Positions 51,681 through 62,048 of a stretch of DNA of 64,000 nucleotides are shown piece after piece. Location of the stretch: positions 3,410,001 to 3,474,000 of the forward strand of contig OZ234493.1 of assembly GCA_965153455.1 (NCBI GenBank), written 5' to 3'. How positions within the stretch are numbered: position 1 is the first letter of the stretch; every line of letters begins with the position of its first letter. Origin of the DNA: Sphagnum compactum. Its lineage: Eukaryota. The notes below the pieces were generated by a model, which worked only from the letters and a program-made list of their open reading frames with translations, was not told the DNA's origin and did not search any database. A program made the position numbers and the translations under genes.

Positions 51681-52576
51681 TGTAAGGCCCCAAGGTGAGA
51701 ATATTCCCTCAAGTAAGGGGCCTAAAACAAGGTTGGGAATGTCTCGGGCAGCTTGTGGCCTTACCCAACTATAGCATCTAAAGCATGATAGGAATCTTAT
51801 CATAAGCCTAAACATACATACATCATGAGGCAATGGGACTCGGGAGTGATCTTTTACTCATACTATTTAAGAGTGAGATGGACCTTATGCCTATTATTTA
51901 AGAGAGACTTTATGCCTACTACTTAGGTGCTAAGCATTAGTTAATATTCAATAGGCATATTTTGGAATATTTAGTCGAAGTATATTCAAGCGAACATATA
52001 GGCAACACTATTTCAAAGAATGTTCAATGGCCGGTGCCACCCCTTACATATACTCAAAGAATATTCAATTGCATGTTATTATATAGGTATTCACTATTTC
52101 AAAGAATGTTCAATGGCCGGCGCCATCCCTTACATATACTCAAAGAATATTCAATTGCATATTATTATATAGGTAATCACTATTTCAAGGAATGTTCTGT
52201 GCCCCACCCTTCAAAGTTCACATCAAAGAACATTGAACACATATGTTGTTGCTGAAAAAATTGTTATTTTGTTAGGAGGGTACCTTATTTTTGTGAATAT
52301 TTCTCCTGGGGATCTTACTCCTTCCATTTGGAGTGAGAGGGTCCTTAAGTAGGTGTAATGTGCCCCTCACTCCTAAATAGCAAGATTAAGATCCCTCCTC
52401 CTACTACCACATCCTGATTTATACAAGGGTTAGACTTATGACAGGAGTTACATTGCTCTTTACTGTGGGTAAGGGCCCAGGTGATATTCCCAAAATGCAG
52501 AGCCAGACTCAGCTTTCATCTCATCCTAGGCCCCTTATTCGGGGGATGCCCCCACCCAGGGCCTTTACCTTTCACA
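51681..52576. mobile_element. LTR-like element with an internal about 88-bp tandem repeat (about 52006-52197)
   Basis: Begins TGTAAG and ends TTCACA; no TSD recognised. The 3' part resembles the relic upstream of gene copies 1-4. Confidence 0.45.
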
Positions 52577-53399
52577 TAACTTTTGGGATGTTATGGGGTT
52601 GTTGTGATGAAGAAAGGAGCCAAGGCCCACAACACAAGAGAGGGGCAAGGTATGCCACAACAACAGACCACAAATCCGATGGCAGACTCTTGAGCAAAGT
52701 GCAATAAGATTATCAAATTGCACTAAGATTTTGCGCATTTTTACCAACACAAGGTGTTTGCTTGGGCACTTTTTATTCTTAGTATGCACGCAAGTATCGA
52801 TAGAAGAGCATCTCCACCCCCAGAACTGTAAACAACTCCTTTACTTTACAATAGAATACCATTTAATGATCACTGTCCCCACCCACAAAGGTCATTGAAC
52901 CCCCTTTAAACATAAAAGACCATTTATGTCTTTACATATGGACGAGTAATAGTCACTGTGCAAATCCATGGTATGAAAAAGCTTTTACAGGGGTTGAAAT
53001 GACCACTGCAAAATGGACATCAATATAGGAGCGCAGCAGAATTTACGCTATCTTGCTGCAAGATTTAATGAAAAGGGCTGTTAGCCGATGGAGATGCTCT
53101 AATGACCCAATTGGCCCCCTCATGCTCGAGCTCTGCTGGCCCAGGCCGCTCTTCCTGGATTCGAAATGTCAACCCCACACATGAAAACAATTTATCAGGA
53201 GATTGAAGACATTTGTATCAGATCCCATGTTTACTTAGGAGCTACTCTAAGTCCTTTGTCCATAGCATTTAATGATGCAACCCTGCAAAACTTTATTTAT
53301 TAACACACCATAGATGTGGAAACTGTACAAAGGAATAAGAAAAAGGAAAAAGGGGGACTTTACAGAATGTGAATTTAGCTTACACCAAATGTCAAAATC

Positions 53400-54825
53400 T
53401 CTCCATGTCAAAAATTAATCGCTTGTAATAGGTCGGTTGTATTTCACTATGTCAAAAATTGACCATTTGCAATAGGTTGATCATAATGATGGGAGGTGTA
53501 TCTTGAAGGGGTGGAAGTCAGGAAATAGTTAGGTCTATGGCTACTGCCTGACTTAAGATGGAAGATGTTTGCATCCTTGATAATGTGATTAAAAATTTTT
53601 GATAAAGAAAAGAAAACCAAGACAAAAGATGAGGGCCCTTTGGCCTTTTCAAGCTCCAAATGGCATTGGCACAATCGTGCAAAAACACATCAGCTTGTTT
53701 GTGTAGATATCCAAATATTTCAATTACTAAAGAGAGGAATTGATCAATGCGATGTCGGTCATGATAGCTCTTTTTTTTTGCTTGAATTGCATCGGAGGTA
53801 ACAAATCCTTGAGTTGCGCAAAATCGAAAAAATAAATATGTTTAAGTCTGGTTGCCAATGACCACATCAACTAGTGAACACATGTTATTTTTGGTGAACG
53901 CAATGTTGACTTGTCGACAAAAGGAATTGAATGTGATTAAAGGAAACGCATGTAGTTATTTTCATCCCATGTGAAAGCTAGCATCTCACGCAATGGCAAC
54001 AAAGGCGTGGTGAACTACATCATGGGATCTTGTGCATTTGTTGCCATGAATGCAACATAAGAAGTGGATACCCATAAGGTCAATGGGATGTGTGCACACA
54101 CATCGAAGGATACTTGCAATTGAGGGATGGGGTAGTCCAAGTCGTGTTTGAAATGTTATGAAAAAAATTAGGGAAGATAATCAAAAGGCTAAAAAGATTC
54201 GTCAAATTGTAAACCAAGTGACTACCCTTGAATCAAAACATGATAAAATTCGAACACGATGGGCTTTAAATATCATGTCGAAGAACATGTTGCAAAAAAT
54301 ATGATGGTGGAAATGGTCCAAAATGAAATCTTGAAGTTGAACCATTTGTTGTTCGATGAATTGTTCAAATGGAAGAAGACATGCATGAATTGGGGGCAAT
54401 AGAAGATCACATGCCATTTTGAGATGTTGTTGGAAAGAGAAGGTGTTATTGTTAACTTGTGCTAAGACTTTAACATTGATCAACCATAAACTAAATAACT
54501 ATGATTGAAATTACAAGGGCCCAACTCTTTAAATAGGCTACTAGGGCGATGGTGGCTATCGATATGAGCCCAATGCCATCAAAGGTTGTTGGGAAAGAAG
54601 ATTGTTTATGGGCTAAAAGTTTTTTTGGGCTATCAAAATATTCGAAAACCAAGAGGTGCCCAAAGATTTGAAAGAGGGATGAATCAAAAGAAATAAAGGT
54701 CTTTACGAAGGTGGAAGAGAAAGGTGTGCATTGTAAGAAATATGATGGCCATTGCACAAAACAATGAGTTAAAATTTCAAAGGTTACTTGAACATCACCC
54801 ATCTTAGGGAAAAGGTCCTTAAATA
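53400..54825 (-). mobile_element. Decayed CRE-like LINE, longer 3' fragment
   Basis: Minus strand reads DLFPKMGDVQVTFEILTHCFVQWPSYFLQCTP...GIGLIS...AYLKSWALV, then HRVRILSC, CVCTHPIDLMGIHFLCCIHGNKCTRSHDVV and FLSLVIEIFGYLHKQAD. Homologous to 4560-5425. Confidence 0.7.
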
Positions 54826-55250
54826 TTATGGTTAATATATGTTCCAACTACATAACTTGTCTATAACCAAATGTGGCAATTTTCCTATGGATGATTACCA
54901 TTTAACAACATCATAAAAGTAAATAAATAAATTTATACTTAATCATATTGGGGAAAATAAAAACTTGCAATTCTTCAAAAAAATAGACATATTTTAATAA
55001 ATTTATAAAAAATTTAATAAATGCATTTTGAATTTAGATTGAATTAACAAAGATTTAGGTCAATTTAAACAAAACAATATTTGTTGATTTATTCATGAAA
55101 TGGTAATCTAAGTTTTTTTATTTTGTAAATTAATTTTGTGAATTATAATAAATTTTTAATACATTATTGAATAAACTTCAAAATCATCTTTTCATTTGTA
55201 ACATTTGAATACATTTTGCAAATGAAAATGTATGTTAAAAGGGCTCCTTA

Positions 55251-55866
55251 TCCTTAGGTGGTACCACAAAGAACATCAGACCTTGATTTTCGTAGACACA
55301 TCGAACTTTGAAAAATCATAGGAAACATTTAAATGAACATTTTCATAAATTTGTTTTTTAAAATTCCTTTTCTTAGGTTCCATAGATTTTGAAATCTCAA
55401 TACTTTCAAGAATATTGTGTATTTTGATGTTCCTAATCATTGCATTTAGAAAAAGTTTCATGAACATAACACTTGTTTTTTTCCTTGAACATTTTTGTTA
55501 GGAACACAAATTTGGAACATGATTTATGAATTTTTTTCTTAATGTAATTTGGAAATCATTTTATTTTACATTTTTATTTGGAAATTAGTTGATTAAATAT
55601 GATTTAGTTATGAAGTTCCAAATTTGAGGCTGTCAATTTTTTAAAGGGCCATTTTAATTAAGAATATAAAATTTTAAAATTTTCCAATTTTTAAAATTCC
55701 CAAAAAAACTTCAAACCATCTATTAAAACATGCAATTGATAAACATGAAAAAATAATAATTTATAATTTTGAAAACATTTAACGAAAAGGGCCTAAAAAA
55801 ATGATTTGGTTGTTTCTAATTCCTTAACCATTCTTTGAGGTGGTTCTTAGTGGTACCACCCAAGGA
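55251..55866. mobile_element. TIR element, same family as 23177-24613
   Basis: TCCTTAGGTGGTACCAC...GTGGTACCACCCAAGGA. Interior collinear with the two halves of 23177-24613. Confidence 0.75.
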
Positions 55867-57385
55867 TGGGTTGCCCTAAAATTTGAATTTCTTAAACAAT
55901 TTCATGCCAAACATGAATTTCTACAACAATCAAGACACCACAAGTTCCATGGCAATTATTTTTCTTGCTTGCTAAAAACTTTAATTAAGGTTTACACTTG
56001 TTTATTTGTTCATTAACCCAAAGCTTGGCCACATGGGGTTTGTCATTGAAATTACCTACATTTTTCTTGAGTTCGAAACTTTTTGGACCCAAGTTCATTG
56101 AAGCCCTTACAATAGTTGGGTATTATTTTTCCACTTATTCCCATCACAACAAACAACTAGAAACCAAACTATTGGCAACAACAAGAATAGCCCCTTGTCC
56201 AAGTCTACTCGAGATTGCAAGCTTTTTTTTCATTGATTACTCATACTTCAATTCCCTTAAGATCTCTCTATCCATCTTTATTTATTGTTCACTCACTCCT
56301 TCACTCTTCTTTCTCTCTCTTTGTCTTTCATTTGTCTTTGACCTAAAAGGATTATTTAAAAGATCCAAGTCTATGATTAAATTTCCTTCAAAGGTGCACT
56401 TTCACCTATTTGTGATTGGGACTACTACATAACATGACTAATACACTTGTACCTTCCTTTATTTTTGTTGTGTTTTGATTTTGTTGCGCCACATTTTTTA
56501 CTCCAAAGTGGAACCTTTGTGGAGAACTTGATAGAAGTGGTGTCATATGTCCACATTTTAATTGATTTCTATTTGTTTATGGACACATTGGACTTATGTC
56601 AAGTGTTGACATTAGATTGCAAGAGACTCCATGTGTTCTGTTTGTGGAAAATGAACAATAACGATGTTGAATTTCCTATTGATTTTGACCTCATGTTTAA
56701 TGATCGTTGGTTTGGTGAAATTTTGTTTAAAGTGTGGATGGTAATAAGTAGGGATGAGGGAAACTGACTAGAGGAATAAAGGTGAATTTTGGACACATTC
56801 CCCTTATTTGAAGTGTTTTACCATGAGCATAAGTAGAGATATGTGTTTTGTAGATTTTTTTAAAAGCCAAGTTAAACATGTCATTTCCAAGTAAGGTGCA
56901 TTTACATAATGTGTTATAAAATTCATATCATAAAATTCCAATGATTACAATTCATTGGATTTGGTTTAAATAACACAACTTTAGGTTTCGTAAGTTGTAG
57001 TCACTACCTAGACATTTTCAAATTGGAATCTATATAGCAAATTCTCAAGTAAAGATTGTTACATGGCTCAGCGTTGTGCCCTAAGTTAAGCCAAAAATAG
57101 GGCGATGATTTATGTGTTGCCCTACTAGGTCAAACTCTCTTTAAGCTTTTAGGGCTATTATCTATTGTTAAGGGCAAAAACTACCAAGCTAAGAGCCGAA
57201 AGCTTAAGACCATGGCTTTTTGAATGAATTATCATAAATAATGATTATTTATATATATTTATAAAGTAAATATCATGTTTTCGTGCATGTTATGTGTGTA
57301 AAATGGTTACACAACGTTAAGATCTTTAAAGGTTACCAAACAAAATGAAAACTTTTTTCAGAACAGTTAATTAATGGTACATTCA

Positions 57386-57463
57386 CGGATGGAGAGGGAT
57401 TTGAACCCCCAGTATTTTCAATATTTCAGTTTTCAAGATCGACTCCTTCAACCACTCTAGCAT
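57386..57463 (-). pseudogene. trnS: Degenerate plant-mitochondrial-type tRNA-Ser(UGA), 5' acceptor strand missing (NUMT-like)
   Basis: Reverse strand ATGCTAGAGTGGTTGAAGGAGTCGATC-TTGAAAA-CTGAAATATTGAAAATACTGGGGGTTCAAATCCCTCTCCATCCG. TGA anticodon (57433-57435), long variable arm and T arm resemble plant mitochondrial trnS-UGA. The 5' GGATGG is absent and stems are mismatched. Confidence 0.7.
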
Positions 57464-60400
57464 GGAATTGTGTTTTTTGAAGATGTGTCTTTCTAAAGTT
57501 TCTTTCATAACACCATATTCACAAGTAGATTTTCAATACCTTCTCCATCAATTTAGATCCCATTTCTTTTCAATTGAATTCAACTCAATTGGATTTAATT
57601 TGCATGCAATGTCATTTAATACTTTCATTCAAAGTGGAACTTAGTTTTCACATGAAATCAATTCTTTTTTTTCATCAATTGATCAATTGATCATCATTGG
57701 TGACACACAACAACATGGAGCTAAAATAGATATTATGATTTGTGTAAACATTACACATTATTATAATGCACATGTATCTTAAGATTAGATAGTGTGTATT
57801 GTGCCAAATATTGCTATGGGTATTAACTATTTTTATATATTAATGACAATTTATAACAAGAATTTTAAGTTGAATCCATTAATCAATTTATAACCATGCA
57901 ATGAACATAATGAACTTGATTCTTAATGTTATTACTAAAATGTATTTTAAGTACTCTCAATTCAAAAATGCTTCCACACCCTAGATTGTAGAATTCTAGT
58001 TATGGATCAAATCTTGGAACCCAATAAAAGTTAATTTCACTCAAAGTGGTCGTTTCTTGCGCTAAATAAATTAAAAAAATAACATATGTTGTGATTCACC
58101 AAGCACAGAATGCAAAGCGGAACTCCATCAAAACATGTTGGAATAATGGAAGGAATTCATCAATTGGGGCATCATTGTCATTCAACCTTCAAAAATTGAC
58201 ATGCATTAGACATCCTTATTGAAAAGAATTATAGTTCTTTGGAAGTCTTTGAAGAGCAAGGAACAAAAAAAATGAAAGCAATGGAGATGAAAAGGGAAGT
58301 GGCTAGCAAAAAGGTTCCAATGACAATTGCCCACTCCCATCATGTGAAAATGTCTTCTTGGACAATGAGTAAGGTGTCTATTTTGATTAGGGTTTTAGTC
58401 ATCAACAATTTACTTCTTTGAGTAGGTAAGGCCATAATGTTTTCATGAATAGCGTTTTTGTTTGTTGGTGAAAAATTTCCAAATTTCTTAAAAAAAAATT
58501 TGGGATGGCCACTAATGTGCTTGGATGTGAAGGATGAGAATTTAAAATTTTTTAATCTAAAGCTATAAAGGTATTAGCACCATAACCCCTATTGAAAGGT
58601 ACAAATTTTTACCTCAATGGTGAAAGATCAACATCAACAATTTGTTAAATCTCCTCCTCATAATGACTACTCTCAACGTCTTACTCACCATGACCATAAG
58701 GTCATTGCAAAACTTAGTTACCCATCGAGGCAATTTTCCAAAATATTTTTTACTTTTCACAACTTTCATTACCTTAAATCTCTTGCTTATAGCATTTCAA
58801 TGTTAGGTTCCAAGAGCTTCCAAGTTATGTTGAACTCCTTGGACCTAGCAATTTGTGAAAGACTAACATTGAATGGGCCTGGGTTGTTGAATGTGTTATA
58901 ACTTTTTAAGTTTTGGGCACAAAGAACCAACAACTTGGAACTTGGATTTGGTGGATTCCATGTGTGATTTCAAGCTTAGGGTTGGTAGTAAGAGGTGAAT
59001 GCTTGTAATTATTAGCTTGATACAAATACTTGCACCCTTTCATATGGTGTATTTGTTGCATCTTAGTTCTTACAACTTTACAAGGCTCTCTAAGTCTTGT
59101 TACATCTTTTATGTGTTGAGTCATTAAACCTATACAAGTTTTTTCACCTCAAATGTTCATTGTTTACTTTGCTCCTTTGAGGTGTCTATGTTGGTTGTTT
59201 AAAATTCAAACACCTTGTAAATTGTAGCTTTGGAACAAATTTTTGTATTGGTCCCAAGTCCCAACCACAAGTAGGTTAAATTGAGACTATGACACAAAGA
59301 AATTTCTAAACCATTTTGAGTTGCAACTATATTAAAACTTAAAACTTTGTCCTTAAAGAAATTAGGGTCACAAATGACATCGTTGGACTTATGTTGAAAA
59401 CATTCCTACATGCCATTATAGATTTTCTAAGGAAGAAATGGTAGAAGGGACAAAGAAAAGTTTCAGTTATATTAATGATCGGAAAAACCTACCCATTTAT
59501 AAATTATTTTTTCTTGAACCTAGATATAAAGACTTGGCATCCAAATTCACAAAATTTTCACCCCTATACCAATTCTCCAAATACAACAGAAGGAAGATTT
59601 CGCACTTGGTGTGAAATTTGAATCCTAGCTTACAATAACTCCACCCTACTCAATATTTGAACCTCTCGCCAATATTTCCCACACTCAAGATAGCTTACTT
59701 TTTGTTTCCCAGCTCTCACCCATAAGAATAAAAATTGAGATTGTGAAAGGTGGGTACAAGGCTCCATCAATATTTCTCACATCCAAGATAGCCAAATGCT
59801 TATTATTTCTCAAGCCTCAACCATAATATCTTGCCAATAAAAAACAATTGGTATACCATGCAATGCTTTTCAACGTACAGCATCCTCCCATAAAAACTTG
59901 TGTGAAGCCATTTCATTGCCCCAAACCCACATGATCTATATTGTTCTTCATTCCGAACATAACATGTAGGTTGCCCAGGAATGCTCTAAAGAAATACCAA
60001 ATACAAACCTAAACCCTAAAAAAAGCAATCTTGAGGTACCCCACATGTTGATGTTTGGCAGTACCTCTCAGTTAAAACTGGATAATTTTGGCTTGATTGG
60101 CCAAATGCAGTTGGAACCCTTATATACCGAATCCGAGTTAGTAAAAGTGCAATAGGGTCCTCAGTGAAGAGCTTAATTTGTTCTTGTTGTTGGGTCCGCT
60201 GATCACAATTTACTATTCACGACCTCAATAACCAAAAAGAAAGGGAGCTTTAACATTTCATTGCACTGATAACATAAGATTATATGTTCACATTCATCAC
60301 ATGGATTACCTTACACTAGGGTCAGTGTCCTCGTTAAATTAATCTTTTTAATATTAAAATTGAATTTTTGTGAAAAGATGACACTGATGAGATTAAAAAT

Positions 60401-60778
60401 CCTCATAATTATGGCAAGCTACGAAATGGAAAATCTGATTACTGATATGAAAATCTTATTAGTCTGCTCTAAAACCCAAAAAATTAAAATAGTTATTCCA
60501 AAGTTACAATACAAATTAGTTTTTTGAAAGATTTTTTTTTGGCCACCTCAATGTCGAACCTGACCCTAGTCTACGGGTATCTCTTTAGCTGGGAGGATGG
60601 AAGGGAAGAAGAAGATCAGTTTTGAAAAATCTGTTATGATCAAATTCAATGCTCCAAGTTTGGTTGACAAGAGAGGGCAGGCAGGAGTTTAAATAAACGC
60701 TTTAGAACGTGTTGTCCAAATATACACTACGAAATTTCTCGTAGATCTTTACGTATGAGTTTCCTGTTGTTGTGGTCT

Positions 60779-61163
60779 GGGGACGTCGACAGACAACTTG
60801 CTAAAGTTACACGAGCTTTCTGTGTGGTTGTTCGCCAGGATCTTATGTCTGATAATTGAAAAATTTCCTTGTCATGGTGTCGAAGCAGATAGTCAATTGC
60901 TGCAGCGCGTGAGGAACATTCTTGCTCATCATCTAAGGTAGCAGCTGGCGATGGTGAGCTACAATTATTTGCAATTCGTTGCACATTGTAGGAGTTTCGC
61001 GGTTTTTCCATTTGGAGGTTTTAATGCTTGCAGCGATCCTCACCTGCAAAAGTTTTACCGAGAACGGAAAATGCGTGTTTTTTCAGCAACACGCCCAGTA
61101 GAATGCTGCACAAACACCCCTGCAGATCTTGCTTGGATTGGCAGTGGTGCTCATAGTATATAA
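60779..61163 (+). promoter_or_regulatory. Promoter of copy 6
   Basis: GACGTC 60782-60787, GAAAAATTTCC 60858-60868, W-box AGTCAA 60891-60896, GCGCGT 60905-60910, AATGCGTGTTT at about 61070, TATATAA 61157-61163. The CTTG-N5-CAAG site is deleted. Confidence 0.55.
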
Positions 61164-61682
61164 GAAGTTGTTACCTCTGCTAAATTCTTCACACATTTCT
61201 TGTGCAGCAAAGAGTGCAGCATCGAGTGGGATATTCATCAGTTGAATCACGAAGTTAGATTTTTCCATATTCTTTCCGAATCAGCTCAATTAAAACATCA
61301 TTCAACTGGCTTGTGGTAAACCAAAGTCCTGCAATTAGAGGCTTTTTCAATTTCAACGATCAATTAGGAGTTTCCTTGTTGACAGCTTTGCTTCCAGCTT
61401 CTTCCAGCTCCTAGATCGTATCTAAGTACTAGAATTTGTCCCTGCAGAATTCCTATTTTTCCTAATTTTCATTTCCCCCTGGATTCAATCTTCACCAATA
61501 CAATACTTCCAGCATATTCCCTCCCCATTCTAGATCTTGGTTTTCTTGGCTTTTTGGTGTGTGGATTCGATCCAGATCTGCAGCTTTCATTTGGAGCTAC
61601 CAGATTACTCAGAGAGTGTCAAAGCCAGATTTCCTAAGGCTTGCAGAATTTGGTTTATTGGATGACCACAGACAACAACAAA

Positions 61683-62048
61683 ATGACCTGGCCAGCTCTA
61701 TCTAAGGTGGTGGATCCATGCAATTACCTCAAGAGTGTATCTGGAGGACAGGGGCAGGAATTACACCAGAGCTTCTGCAGCATGATGGCCCTCAACAATC
61801 CCCGGTCTGTCAATCTGGCTGACAACGAAGGAGACGGTGGATCATCAAACTACAAACCTCCAAAGAGAACCCAGTTCCTCCAATCTTTTGGAGATGGCAA
61901 AGGATTGTCATGGAAGCCCCCACCTCGCCCTAAGGGCGCTATGTGTACAGGGAACACAAAGAATATTTTGGGGTGGGGAGTTGATGCTGGGGGCGATGGA
62001 GATGGTGGTGGGAGTAAAATTAAACCTGGGAAGTGTGATCTCTGGTGA
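61683..62048 (+). CDS. GDG-motif multi-core peptide precursor-like protein, copy 6 (121 aa; in-frame ATG 7 codons upstream at 61662)
   Basis: MTWPALSKVVDPCNYLKSV...NE-GDGGSSNYKP-PKRTQFLQSF-GDGKGLSWKP-PPRPK...AGGD-GDGGGSKIKP-GKCDLW. Confidence 0.75.
   Translation: MTWPALSKVVDPCNYLKSVSGGQGQELHQSFCSMMALNNPRSVNLADNEGDGGSSNYKPPKRTQFLQSFGDGKGLSWKPPPRPKGAMCTGNTKNILGWGVDAGGDGDGGGSKIKPGKCDLW

Noticed and set aside
52960-53300. GC-richer, exon-like stretch with splice-like sites
   Set aside because: No sustained frame or recognisable product on either strand.
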